Part shown: one piece after another, positions 26,128-35,421 of the stretch
Layout of the letters: the number at the start of each line of letters is the position of its first letter
Position numbering within the stretch: position 1 is the stretch's first letter
Assembly: GCA_044230415.1 (NCBI GenBank)
Contig: JBGARE010000037.1
Location: forward strand, 64,001-105,825
From: Kofleriaceae bacterium
Lineage (GTDB): Bacteria > Myxococcota_A > Polyangia > Haliangiales > Haliangiaceae
Reading direction: 5' to 3'
DNA length: 41,825 bases
The notes under the pieces: generated by a model
What the model was told of the DNA's origin: nothing
The model's input: the letters and a program-made list of their open reading frames with translations, nothing else
Database searches by the model: none
Program-made: the position numbers and the translations under genes

Positions 26128-26536
26128 ACGCCCACGCGGCGGGCTACGTGCCCGCCTTTCCGCGGAAGCCGTCGTCGATGTTCGATGCATGGCGTCGAGT
26201 CGACACGCCTTCGCGTCGTCCGGGCGGCCGAGGTCTTCGCCGTCGATGCGGACGTTCGCGCCCACGGGCGTCGAGTCGCGCATCGAGTCGTAGCACTTCG
26301 CATTCGTGCAGGCCGCTGCAGTCGGCGTGCGGACGTACGCGCCCACGTGGGCGTCGAGTCGGTGCGCCCACGTGGGCGTCGAGTCGCCGGTCGTTGCGGC
26401 GTGCGCGTTTCCGCGGAAGCGTTGTCGATGTTCGATGCGCCCACGTGGGCGGGCTACATGGCAGCTGGTCGTTGCGGCGTGCGCGTTTCCGCGGAAGCGT
26501 CGTCGATGTTCGATGCGCCCACGTGGGCGTCGAGCG
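26128..26536. repeat. Intergenic repeat array. There are two full 62-bp direct repeats (period 78 bp; 26390..26451 and 26468..26529) plus a degenerate partial copy (~26150..26200). Each carries the perfect palindromes TTCCGCGGAA and CGCCCACGTGGGCG. Extra copies of CGCCCACGTGGGCG followed by TCGAGTCG lie at 26340..26353 and 26365..26378, with degenerate copies near 26128 and 26258.
   Basis: Seen directly in the sequence. Coordinates were cross-checked against track ORFs 26148.. and 26306.., which translate the repeats (AFPRKR...SMRPRGR twice). It lies between the histidine-kinase stop (26596) and the response-regulator start (25897). Confidence 0.75.
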
Positions 26537-26595
26537 TGCGCACGGGATCTCGTGGTGGTCGCGATCGGATCAACTCACCGGTGATCCGGTGGTGT

Positions 26596-28398
26596 TCAGG
26601 TCGCGTTCGGAATCACGAGCCGAAACTCGGCCCCACGGCCATCGGGACCCTCGCCCAGCTCGATGGATCCGCCCGCGGTGGCGACCAGGTGCTTGCACAC
26701 GGCGAGGCCAAGGCCAGTGCCGACACCCGCGGCCTTCGTCGTGAAGAACGGATCGAACACCTTCGCGCGATCGGCGGGCTTCACGCCCGGACCCTCGTCG
26801 CGCACGAGGATCTGGGTCGCGATGCCGCCGGGCGCGGGCTTCACGATCAGGGTGATCGTGTTCCCGCGCGACGTGCCATCGGGGTCTTGTGTTCCCGACA
26901 TCGCCTGCGCGGCGTTCTGGACGAGGTTGACGAGGACTTGCTGGAGCGAGTGCGCGTCGATGGCGAGCGGCGTGGTCGACTGCACGTCGGTGACGTAGCG
27001 GACCTTCGCCTTCTTGAGCTGCGGTTCGAGGAGGGCGCCCACGTGCCGCGCGACCTGCGCCGGGTCGCTCTCGCCGCGATCGGTGGCGCTGGTGGCGACG
27101 GGGCCAGCGGTGACGATCGATCCCGAGCCGCGGGGCGTGCGTGCGTATTCGAGGAGGCCGCCGATGATCTTCTTCATCCGCTCGGCCTCGCTCGCGATGA
27201 GCTCGAGGCCGGCGCGATCGGGGTGGCCCTCGGGTTTGTCCTCGAGCAAGAGGTTCGCGTAGCCCATCACCGTGGTCAGCGGGTTGTTGACCTCGTGCGC
27301 GACCTGCGCGGACATCACGCCGACGGATGCGAGGCGATCACCGCGCGCGAGGGCGGCTTGCAGCTCGGCGCGTTCGGCGATGCGCTTGGCCATCTCGTCG
27401 AGGCGCTGGCCGAGCACGCCGATCTCGCCGGGACCGTCGACGACGTGGTCATCGTCGGGGGCGATCGTGCCGCTCGCGATGGCATCGGCGCGGCGGGCGA
27501 GGGCTTCGAGGGGGCGTGTGAGGCGCGTCGCGAAGAACACGCCGAGGGCGAGGGCGAGGGCGAGGGCGGCACCGCCGATGATCAAGGTGTCGCGCGTGGT
27601 GCGGCGGGCGAGGGCGTAGGCCTGGGCTTCGGGTTGTTGGTGAAGGATGGCCCACCGCACGCCGCGCAGTGACTGATAGCTCGAGAGGTTTCGGTAGGCG
27701 GTGACCCAGCCGTGCGTCGCGATCGTCCCTTCGACCGACGAGGCAAGCGCGCGATCGACCGCGGGATCCTTTCCGGCGAGGCTCTGCGTGCCGACCGGGC
27801 CTTGTTCGCTCGACGCGACCGGGACACCCGCGCCGTCGACGACGAGCACGCGCGCACCGGCGCCGAGTCGCGCGGCCGACAAGAGGTCGCGGACGAAGCC
27901 GAGGTCGAGGCTCGCGACGACGACGCCCATGAGCTCGCCCGTGCGGCCACGGGCCTGGACGACGAGCTGGACGACGGTGCGGCCTTCTACGTGGCGTGCA
28001 TCGCCGATGTAGCCGCCGAAGCTGTGGCTGCCGACGTCCGCGCCCGCGGGGACGACGTCGCCGTAGAGGAGCGCGCCCTCGGGATCGACGATCGACAGCG
28101 AGTGCACGATCGGCACGTCGCGGCGCAGTCGCTCGAGGAGGAGCTGCGTGGTCTTCGTGTCGGTGGGCGCGTCGGCCCACGTGGCGGCGGCGAGCTCGAC
28201 CGTGCGCCGCGAGTCCTGCAGCGTGCCGTCGAGGGCGGCGCCGAGCGCGCGAATGTGGGCGAGCGCGCCGCGCAGGACTTCGCGTTCGACATCGCCGCGC
28301 GCGCGAAAGATCGCGAGGGCACCGACGACGATCGTGGGCACGATCGCTGCGAGCGCGAGGACGAGCAGGACTCGCCAGCGCAGGGTGCCTTGGTTCAC
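26596..28398 (-). CDS. Sensor histidine kinase: TM1, a periplasmic (Cache-like) sensor domain, TM2, HAMP, HisKA (HEVNNPL), HATPase_c.
   Basis: The start was taken at the GTG (VNQGTLRWRVLLVLALAAIV), 111 codons inside track ORF 26596..28731. That start overlaps the upstream gene's stop (GTGA). The kinase C-terminal boxes are present (GLGLAVCKHLVATAGGSI). Confidence 0.85.
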   Translation of the reverse strand: MNQGTLRWRVLLVLALAAIVPTIVVGALAIFRARGDVEREVLRGALAHIRALGAALDGTLQDSRRTVELAAATWADAPTDTKTTQLLLERLRRDVPIVHSLSIVDPEGALLYGDVVPAGADVGSHSFGGYIGDARHVEGRTVVQLVVQARGRTGELMGVVVASLDLGFVRDLLSAARLGAGARVLVVDGAGVPVASSEQGPVGTQSLAGKDPAVDRALASSVEGTIATHGWVTAYRNLSSYQSLRGVRWAILHQQPEAQAYALARRTTRDTLIIGGAALALALALGVFFATRLTRPLEALARRADAIASGTIAPDDDHVVDGPGEIGVLGQRLDEMAKRIAERAELQAALARGDRLASVGVMSAQVAHEVNNPLTTVMGYANLLLEDKPEGHPDRAGLELIASEAERMKKIIGGLLEYARTPRGSGSIVTAGPVATSATDRGESDPAQVARHVGALLEPQLKKAKVRYVTDVQSTTPLAIDAHSLQQVLVNLVQNAAQAMSGTQDPDGTSRGNTITLIVKPAPGGIATQILVRDEGPGVKPADRAKVFDPFFTTKAAGVGTGLGLAVCKHLVATAGGSIELGEGPDGRGAEFRLVIPNAT

Positions 28399-29222
28399 GT
28401 CGCGGAGGATAGACGAAGTCCAGCGGCGATCGCGGCCGCGACCGGCTCGAGTCGGACGATCATGTCGAGCTGCGTGCGCGCGAGGTGCAGCTGGGGCGCG
28501 AACATCAGCTCGCGGCGGGCGGTGATGCCATCGCCGATCTCGTAGCGGCGCACGTCGGGTGGCAAGGACAGGAGGAGGTCGCCGAGCGGGCGCACGTAGT
28601 GGAGCTGGTACGGCGAGATGCGCTCGAGGATGGCCACGGTGTCGCGGTCGCTCGTGCCGGCGGCGAACGCGCGCTCGGCGGCCACGCGGAGATCGTCGCC
28701 GCTCGCGATGCGCTCCTCGAGATCCGCGCACTGCCGCGCGAGATCGCGGCGGGCGTTCGCGATCAGCTGCTTCGGATCGAGGGCCCGCGCGACCCGCTTC
28801 TTCGCGACCGGGGCGCTCGCTTGCTCGACGCGCCGGAGGACGAGTGCGCGGTAGGACGCGGCGAACAGGATCACGAACAGCGTCTCTTCGAACGGACGCG
28901 GCGGTGCGACGGTCACGAGATCGTCGACGAGCGCGAGCACGCCGGCGAGCGTGAGCACGTAGCGGCGGCGCGGCGTCCGGCCCTTGCGGCGCGGAGGGCG
29001 CAGCGTTCGGATGCGGCCGCGGCGGCCGAGCGCTTCCATCGCGCGGCGGACGCGCGTGAGATCGAGGTCGGCGCCGGGGTGGCGGACGTCCATCTCGATC
29101 CAGTTGCGGAACAGCAAGTAGAAGAACCGCACGTCGCGCTGCTGGAAGCCACGCACCTCGTCGCGATCGACGGTCGCGACCAGATCGGCGGCGAGCAGAG
29201 ACGCGGTCAGGAGGCTATCCAT
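28395..29222 (-). CDS. Hypothetical protein; a possible winged-helix regulator (weak PaaX/PadR-like 'R..GRRGRIR...RRRYVLTLAG' wing).
   Basis: ORF track 275 aa. It is translationally coupled to the downstream HK and divergent from the nitroreductase/PaaK-like pair across a palindrome-containing 74-bp spacer. Confidence 0.5.
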   Translation of the reverse strand: MDSLLTASLLAADLVATVDRDEVRGFQQRDVRFFYLLFRNWIEMDVRHPGADLDLTRVRRAMEALGRRGRIRTLRPPRRKGRTPRRRYVLTLAGVLALVDDLVTVAPPRPFEETLFVILFAASYRALVLRRVEQASAPVAKKRVARALDPKQLIANARRDLARQCADLEERIASGDDLRVAAERAFAAGTSDRDTVAILERISPYQLHYVRPLGDLLLSLPPDVRRYEIGDGITARRELMFAPQLHLARTQLDMIVRLEPVAAAIAAGLRLSSAT

Positions 29223-29233
29223 CGCAGGAGCGT

Positions 29234-29254
29234 ATTACAGACAATGTCTGTAAT
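29234..29254. promoter_or_regulatory. Perfect AT-rich 10-1-10 inverted repeat ATTACAGACA-a-TGTCTGTAAT in a 74-bp divergent intergenic region; a candidate operator.
   Basis: Seen directly. It is strikingly AT-rich against ~70% GC background (coordinates ±1). Confidence 0.5.
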
Positions 29255-29296
29255 GCACCGTAGCCGTCGTGGATGCGGACTCCTAGGGTCAGCGCC

Positions 29297-30316
29297 ATGG
29301 ACTCTCCGTGGCACGGGATCGGGGCGCTGGCGCGCTGGGCGCCGACGCCGCACAACACGCAACCGTTTCGCATCCGTCCGCGCGCCGATGGCGGCGCCGA
29401 CCTGCTGCTCGTGTGCGAGCGGCTATTGCCCGACGAGGATCCGGGCAACGCGTACGTCACGAGCGCGTTCGGCGTGTTCGCGCTGGCTCTCGAGCACGCG
29501 GGCCGCGCGCTCGGCTACCGGGTGACCGTCACGCCGATCGCGGAGCTCGACGCCGCGTCGCTCGACACCCAGAGCGGCGACATCGTCCTCGGCGACGCGA
29601 CGCTCGCGTCTCGAGATCCCGGCGAGCGCACGGCGGCGGACAGCGAGCTGATGGCGCTGCGCCGGACGTCGCGCATCCCGTATCGGCCGACGCCGATCGC
29701 CCCGTCCGTGCGCGAGTACTTGTGCGAGGTCGCCGCCGCGGGCGGGCAGCGCTTGACCATCGTGACGGAGCCCGCGGCCGTGCGCGCCGTGCTGCGCATG
29801 AACGCCGAGGCGATCGTCGACAACCTCCAGCATCCCGCGGAGCGCGAGGAGATCCGGCGCTGGCACCGCATCGGGCCCACGCCCCGTCACGGCGATGGCC
29901 TGTGGCAGGCGCCGATGAACCAACCCGCGTGGCAGCTCGAGCTCGCGTTCGGCGCACCGCGCCTCCTCGCGTGGTCACCGATCCGCGAGCTCGCGATCGA
30001 GAACTACCTGCGCACGCAGGCGGGCACGCAACACGTCGCGCTCCTCGAGGGTCCGTTCGCGACGTGGCCTGCGCGGATCGCCGCGGGTCGCGCGCTGTAC
30101 ACGCTGTGGCTCGCGATGGCCGAGACGGATGTCTACATGCACCCGTTCGGCTCGATGCTGACGAACGCGCGCTACGCGGCGTGGATCACCGAGACGTTCG
30201 ATACGCCGGCGACGTGGCTCGTGCTGCGCCTCGGCTACTCCGATCCGCCACCGCCCGCGCCGCGGCTCGCGTCGATCGTGGTGTCCGGCGCCGTGTCCGG
30301 TGCGGTGCACGCATGA
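29297..30316 (+). CDS. Nitroreductase-fold protein (~340 aa, two-lobed; Acg/SagB-like size class).
   Basis: The N-terminal ARWAPTPHNTQPFRIRP matches the nitroreductase 'APS.hN.QPW' signature. Its length is about twice a minimal nitroreductase monomer. The start was taken at MDSPWHG (codon 9 of the track ORF). Confidence 0.6.
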   Translation: MDSPWHGIGALARWAPTPHNTQPFRIRPRADGGADLLLVCERLLPDEDPGNAYVTSAFGVFALALEHAGRALGYRVTVTPIAELDAASLDTQSGDIVLGDATLASRDPGERTAADSELMALRRTSRIPYRPTPIAPSVREYLCEVAAAGGQRLTIVTEPAAVRAVLRMNAEAIVDNLQHPAEREEIRRWHRIGPTPRHGDGLWQAPMNQPAWQLELAFGAPRLLAWSPIRELAIENYLRTQAGTQHVALLEGPFATWPARIAAGRALYTLWLAMAETDVYMHPFGSMLTNARYAAWITETFDTPATWLVLRLGYSDPPPPAPRLASIVVSGAVSGAVHA

Positions 30317-31773
30317 GGATCGTCGACGAATTCGTCGGCAGCGTGCTCGAGCACTCGCTCGCGGCCGCGCGCATGTCGTGGCACTCGTATCGCCTGTTGT
30401 TCGCGCCCGTGCTCACGGAGAACGTGCGCCTGCGGATCTCGAAGCTGCGCGCGCGCGCCGTCGCGTGGTCCGCGCAGCGCGAGGTGCCCGCGTATCGCGC
30501 GCTGCTCGAGGAGCACGGCATGCGCCCGTGCATGCGGTTCGAGGATCTCCCGATCATGGACAAGGCGTCGTACGTCCATCGCTTCCCGCTCGCGGCGACG
30601 TGCCGCGATGGCGTGCTGCCGGCGCGCGGCGCGGTGATCGACGAATCGAGCGGTTCGAGCGGGACCGCGAACAACTGGGTCCGCGGTCCCGCCGAGCGAC
30701 GCGCGACGCGGCGGACGATCCAGTACGCGGCGCGCGCGACGTTTGGCGATCGCGACTTCACCGTGCTCAACGCGTTCGCGCTCGGTCCGTGGGCGACGGG
30801 GATGAGCGTGTCGATGGCGCTCGCCGAGCGATATCTCGTGAAGTCGATCGGGCCGGATGTCGCGAAGATCGTCGCCACGCTCGAGCTGCTCGGTCCCAAC
30901 CGGCCGTATCTGATCGCGGGCTATCCGCCGTTCCTGAAGCTCTTCTGCGACACGGCGAAGCTCGATTGGTCGCGCTACGAGGTCTACGCCGTCGTCGGCG
31001 GCGAGGGGATGTCCGAGCCGATGCGCGCGGCGCTCGATCGCTGCTTCGTGCGCACGATCTCGTCGTTCGGCGCGTCGGATCTCGAGATCAACATCGCCGC
31101 CGAGAACGACTTCACGATCGCCGTTCGGCACGCGCTCGCGAACCAACCCGCGTTCGCGCGCGATCTGTGCGGCACCGCGTCGATGCCGATGGTGTTCCAG
31201 TACGACCCGCTCGACTACTACCTCGAGACCGCGCGGTCCGGCGATCTGCTCGTCACGGTCAACCGCCTCGCGAACGTGTCGCCGCGCATTCGCTACAACC
31301 TGCGAGATCGCGCGAGCGTGGTCACGCGCGCGCACGTGAAGGCCGTCGCGGCCGATCACGGCGTGACGCTGCCGCGATCGTTGCCGCTGCCGTTGCTGCT
31401 CCACTGGGGCCGCGTCGATCACGCGGTCGCGTTCTACGGCTGCAAGCTCACGCCGGACGATCTGCAGCACGCGATCTTGCGCATCCCCGAGCTCGCTCGC
31501 GACGTGGCGGAGCTCGCGTTTCATCCGTACGACGACGAGCACGCGAACAAACGCCTCGACATCTGGATCGAGCTGCGTCCGGAGAGCGCGCTCGTCGCGA
31601 CGGACGCGCTCGCGGCGGAGCTCGTGCGCGCGCTCGGCGAGGTGAACCAGGATTTTCGCGAATCGATCCGCATGGTGCCGCCCGAGCGCGCGCCGCGGCT
31701 GCAGCTGTTCGCGTCGGGGCAAAGCCCGATCGCGAATCAGGACGCGCGGATCAAGAAGCAGTACATCGTGTGA
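30313..31773 (+). CDS. PaaK / coenzyme-F390-synthetase / CapK-family adenylate-forming enzyme (phenylacetate-CoA-ligase-like).
   Basis: Its ATG overlaps the previous stop (ATGA). It has the IDESSGSSGTANNW P-loop-like adenylation motif, a GYPPFL motif, and overall PaaK-like length and domain order. It was read in frame within track ORF 29308..31773. Confidence 0.7.
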   Translation: MRIVDEFVGSVLEHSLAAARMSWHSYRLLFAPVLTENVRLRISKLRARAVAWSAQREVPAYRALLEEHGMRPCMRFEDLPIMDKASYVHRFPLAATCRDGVLPARGAVIDESSGSSGTANNWVRGPAERRATRRTIQYAARATFGDRDFTVLNAFALGPWATGMSVSMALAERYLVKSIGPDVAKIVATLELLGPNRPYLIAGYPPFLKLFCDTAKLDWSRYEVYAVVGGEGMSEPMRAALDRCFVRTISSFGASDLEINIAAENDFTIAVRHALANQPAFARDLCGTASMPMVFQYDPLDYYLETARSGDLLVTVNRLANVSPRIRYNLRDRASVVTRAHVKAVAADHGVTLPRSLPLPLLLHWGRVDHAVAFYGCKLTPDDLQHAILRIPELARDVAELAFHPYDDEHANKRLDIWIELRPESALVATDALAAELVRALGEVNQDFRESIRMVPPERAPRLQLFASGQSPIANQDARIKKQYIV

Positions 31774-32913
31774 CTAGCGCTGCTTCGCGAGACGCGCCCA
31801 GCCTCGGCGCACGCCATCGATCGCTTCCTTCGGCGTGGCGTCGCCCGCGACCACGGCGGCGAGCGCGGGGTTCAGATCGTCGAACAACAGCGGCGTGGTG
31901 ATCACGCGCGGCAACATCTCCGCCGAGCGCAGTGCCTCGGCGGCCGCGCGCGAGAGTGCGGGCGCTCGCTCGAGCGCGGCGATGCGCGTGGGGATCGTGC
32001 GGAACGCGTTCGCGAACGTGACCTCGACGGGAACGCTCGCGAGATCGGCGGCGAGTCGCCATCCATCCGCGGGGCGCTTCGCGCAGCGAGGCACGACGAG
32101 CAGCTGCCCGCCGCGCGGTGCGTGCGCGATCGGCGTCACCGCGATGCGCTCGGGATCGCGCAACGCCCCGAGCTGCCACGGGCCGGTGATCCAGTACGCG
32201 ACCTCGTGCGAGGCCCAGCGGCGAAGCTCGTCCGGCGCTTCGCTGCCCGCGGCCGGCGGCGGCGCGACGACGTCGCCGAACATCTGCGCGTAGCGCTCGA
32301 GCGCGCGCGCCGCGTTGTCGATCGTGCCGACCGATGCGGGGAGCGCCTGGACACGATCGACCGCGAAGTCGGCGCCCTCCGCGCGCAGCCACGGGACGAG
32401 CCAGTAGCCATCGACGCGCGTGGCGAGCGGAAACCGACGGCCCTCGGACTTCGTCGCGCGCGCGGCGGTCACGAGGTCATCGATCGACGGCGATGCGGGC
32501 GCGGGCGTCGCCGAGTCGCGGATCACGATCAGCCCGTCGAGCGTCTGCGGCACGCCCCACCACGCGCCGTCGAGCTGCGCGAGGGCCGCCGCCTCGGGCG
32601 TCCAATCGAGGGTGGCGAGCTCGGCCGGTGGCGCCACGAGCTGCGAGCGCAGCCCCGGGAGCCACGTCGCATCGATGCGGATCAGATCGGGGCAGGTGGT
32701 CCCCGCCACGAGGATCTCGCTGATCACCTGCTGGCCGCGCGCGAACGGCACGAGCGACGAATCCACCGCCATGCCGCGCTCGGCGATCGTGGCGTTGAAC
32801 AGCTCGGTCTCGTCGGGCGAGAACGTGTGCAAGAAGCGGATCGGCGGCGGCGCGGGATCGGATCCGCACGCGCCGACGGCGGCGAGTACGAGGGGCGCGA
32901 TCCGACCGGTCAC
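31774..32913 (-). CDS. ABC transporter extracellular solute-binding lipoprotein (family-1, sugar/maltose type).
   Basis: The start was taken at the GTG (VTGRIAPLVLAAVGACGS lipobox), by codon arithmetic. The SBP-like body includes GAWWGVPQ..., WLVPW, ITGPWQ. Its stop abuts the convergent PaaK-like stop. Confidence 0.7.
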   Translation of the reverse strand: MTGRIAPLVLAAVGACGSDPAPPPIRFLHTFSPDETELFNATIAERGMAVDSSLVPFARGQQVISEILVAGTTCPDLIRIDATWLPGLRSQLVAPPAELATLDWTPEAAALAQLDGAWWGVPQTLDGLIVIRDSATPAPASPSIDDLVTAARATKSEGRRFPLATRVDGYWLVPWLRAEGADFAVDRVQALPASVGTIDNAARALERYAQMFGDVVAPPPAAGSEAPDELRRWASHEVAYWITGPWQLGALRDPERIAVTPIAHAPRGGQLLVVPRCAKRPADGWRLAADLASVPVEVTFANAFRTIPTRIAALERAPALSRAAAEALRSAEMLPRVITTPLLFDDLNPALAAVVAGDATPKEAIDGVRRGWARLAKQR

Positions 32914-32968
32914 GGCGCGGACTCTAACCCGAGGAGATCGTCGGTACGGCGTGTTATCAACGCCGCAG

Positions 32969-33853
32969 ATGAGGAGCATGACCGGCTTCGGTCGCGGCGT
33001 CGCCGAGACCGCGGGAACGCGGGCAACGGTGGACGTGCGCGCCGTCAACCATCGCTTCCTCGATCTCAAGCTGCGCGGTGCGCCGGTCGCGCCCCCCGTA
33101 GAAGAAGCGATCGCGTCGCGCGTGCGCGGCGCCATCGAGCGTGGCTCGGTCAGCGTGTCGGTGCACCTCGCGCGTGAAGGCGGCCCCACGGCGCGCATGA
33201 CGATCGATCACGCGGCCGCCGAAGCGGTGCACGCCGAGCTCGCCGCGCTCGCGCAGAAGCTCAACCTGGCGGGACCGGATCTCGCGCTCGTGCTCGCGCA
33301 GCCCGGCGTGGTCGTCACCGAGGAGCACGAGTCGGACGACGCGCAGGTCGCGGCGCAAGTGGCCCTCGCGCTCGAGGCCGCGCTCGCGCAGCTCGATTCG
33401 ATGCGCCGCGCGGAAGGCGCCGCGCTCGCGACCGAGCTCCGGCTGCGGTTCGGGGAGCTCGCTTCGCTGCGCACGCAGATCGCGGCGCTCGCGGCCACGC
33501 TGCCCCAGCAGCTGACCAAGCGGCTGCAGGAGCGCGTGAAGCGCTTGCTCGACGAGTCCGAGGTCGATCCCTCGCTCGGCCCCGCGCGCATGGCGCAGGA
33601 GATCGCGCTGCTCGCGGATCGCAGCGACGTGACCGAGGAGCTGGTCCGGCTCGCGAGTCACCTCGACCAAGCGACCGCGCTCATCACGGGCACCGGGTCG
33701 GTCGGTCGTCGCCTCGACTTCCTCGTCCAGGAGATCGGCCGCGAGCTCAACACCATCGGAAGTAAATCGTCGCTCACCGAGATCAGCGCCGCCGTCGTCG
33801 ACGCGAAGGCGGTCCTCGAGAAGGTGCGCGAGCAGGTCCAGAACGTCGAATGA
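32969..33853 (+). CDS. yicC: YicC/YloC-family stress-induced endoribonuclease (YicC_N + DUF1732).
   Basis: MRSMTGFGRG start. The C-terminus EELVRLASHLDQ...GRRLDFLVQEIGRELNTIGSKS is conserved. The conserved yicC-gmk linkage is present. Confidence 0.85.
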   Translation: MRSMTGFGRGVAETAGTRATVDVRAVNHRFLDLKLRGAPVAPPVEEAIASRVRGAIERGSVSVSVHLAREGGPTARMTIDHAAAEAVHAELAALAQKLNLAGPDLALVLAQPGVVVTEEHESDDAQVAAQVALALEAALAQLDSMRRAEGAALATELRLRFGELASLRTQIAALAATLPQQLTKRLQERVKRLLDESEVDPSLGPARMAQEIALLADRSDVTEELVRLASHLDQATALITGTGSVGRRLDFLVQEIGRELNTIGSKSSLTEISAAVVDAKAVLEKVREQVQNVE

Positions 33854-33886
33854 GTCAGATGCGGGATGTATGATGGCGTGCAACCA

Positions 33887-34564
33887 ATGACGGATCGTGG
33901 CGTTCTCGTGATCGTCTCGTCGCCCTCGGGCGCAGGCAAGACCACGCTCACGCGCCGCCTACTGGCGACCCACCCGCGCCTCGAGTTCAGCGTCTCGCAC
34001 ACCACGCGCCCGATGCGCGCCGGCGAGGTCGATGGTCGCGACTACCACTTCATCGCGAAGGACCTGTTCGAGGGCATGGTCGAGCGCCACGAGTTCGCCG
34101 AGTGGGCGTTTGTCCACGGCAATCGGTATGGCACCGCCATGGCCCCGGTCGATGCCGCGCTCGCGCAGGGCCGGGACATGATCTTCGATGTCGACTGGCA
34201 GGGCGGGGCGGCGCTGTCGGCTCGGTGGCCTTCTGATTCGCTCAAGATCTTCATTCTTCCCCCGGACCTCGACACGCTCGCGCGCCGTTTGCGCCAACGC
34301 GCGACCGATGCGCCCGAGGTGATCGAGCGCCGGCTGCAAAAGGCGATCGAGGAGCTCGAGCACTACAACGAGTACCAGCACTTGATCGTCAACGACGATC
34401 TCGAGCGCGCGTACGCACTGTTGGAAGCCACGTACCTCACACGTCGTTTCGGGGTAGTAGACCGTCCCGACGTTGCCTACCCGCTGAGCCATGGTGCTCG
34501 CCTCGTCGAGGAAAACCGGCCTGCGGCACTCGCCCACGCTCGACGCCTCGTCGAGCGAACCTGA
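33887..34564 (+). CDS. gmk: Guanylate kinase with a ~40-aa C-terminal extension.
   Basis: VIVSSPSGAGKTTL P-loop, SVSHTTRPMRAGEVDGRDYHF, and FDVDWQGG. An alternative start lies at 33866. Confidence 0.85.
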   Translation: MTDRGVLVIVSSPSGAGKTTLTRRLLATHPRLEFSVSHTTRPMRAGEVDGRDYHFIAKDLFEGMVERHEFAEWAFVHGNRYGTAMAPVDAALAQGRDMIFDVDWQGGAALSARWPSDSLKIFILPPDLDTLARRLRQRATDAPEVIERRLQKAIEELEHYNEYQHLIVNDDLERAYALLEATYLTRRFGVVDRPDVAYPLSHGARLVEENRPAALAHARRLVERT

Positions 34565-34636
34565 GTCGATCGGCAGTCAGGGCGCGACACCAAGTGTCGC
34601 ATTGACCTGGATCGTTGCCTCGGCCACTCTGGTTCT

Positions 34637-35317
34637 ATGAGGGGAATTGGCGCTTTGGTCCTTGCGATCGCAGCGGCAACGGGATGCGCACGGACGTTCA
34701 GCGGCGAGACCGTGCAACCGAATCCGCTGCGGAACCCGACGGAGACACTGCCGACGGGCGAAGAGATCACGATCGTGCGTGGCGACATGGAGCTCGACAT
34801 GCCCGAGCCCGCCGCGGCCGCGCAGACCGCCTCGATCACGCGCAATCACAAGTACCCGCTGATCAACCAAGCGAGCTTCACGATCGTGTCGCGCGATCGC
34901 CTGCGCTTCCACGTGCAGATCGATCACAAGTGGCAAGAGTGGGCCGACCTGAGCTCGTGGACGGTCAAGCTCGAGGACGACAAGGGTCGCTCGTGGCTGC
35001 CCGAAGCGATCGAAGGCGCGCGCACGAAGATCCTCACCACGATGTGGGATCGCGAGCAGCGCACGAGCATCTGCAACGCCGCGGGCCGCGATGGCACCGG
35101 CAACTGCTTCTCCACGGTGGGCTACCAGGACGATGGCTGGCGTCATCGCCAGACGCTCGGCTCGCTGTCCGTGTTCCGCGGCAAAGCGGACTTCACGTTC
35201 TACCAGCGCGATCTCATGCACCGCGATGTTCGTCGCCTGACGCTGACGGTCTCGCGTCCCGGCGAAGCGTTCGAGTTCACCTGGAACTTCGCGGACCACG
35301 TCGCCAGCTCGGACTGA
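34637..35317 (+). CDS. Lipoprotein, hypothetical.
   Basis: ORF track 226 aa. Lipobox LAIAAATGCA. Lower GC than the surroundings. Confidence 0.55.
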   Translation: MRGIGALVLAIAAATGCARTFSGETVQPNPLRNPTETLPTGEEITIVRGDMELDMPEPAAAAQTASITRNHKYPLINQASFTIVSRDRLRFHVQIDHKWQEWADLSSWTVKLEDDKGRSWLPEAIEGARTKILTTMWDREQRTSICNAAGRDGTGNCFSTVGYQDDGWRHRQTLGSLSVFRGKADFTFYQRDLMHRDVRRLTLTVSRPGEAFEFTWNFADHVASSD

Positions 35318-35421
35318 GTCGCACCCGAGACGCGCGCTCGCCCGCTGCAACGGGATGCGAGCACGCCCACCTTCAACACCCTCGCGGGCGCGCGTACCGT
35401 GACGCGGTGCGAGTCGGGATC

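Noticed and set aside
26128-26536. Possible CRISPR array because of the repeated palindromic units.
   Set aside because: Repeats are 14-62 bp with irregular spacing (21, 78, 85 nt). The spacers are themselves repeated. There are no cas genes nearby. It is more consistent with a TF-binding array or a REP-like element.
28399-28731. 5' extension of the sensor-kinase ORF (track 26596..28731).
   Set aside because: The extension overlaps the upstream gene and is Arg-rich. A GTG start preceding TM1 (VNQGTLRWRVLLVLALAAIV) gives a GTGA overlap with the upstream stop.
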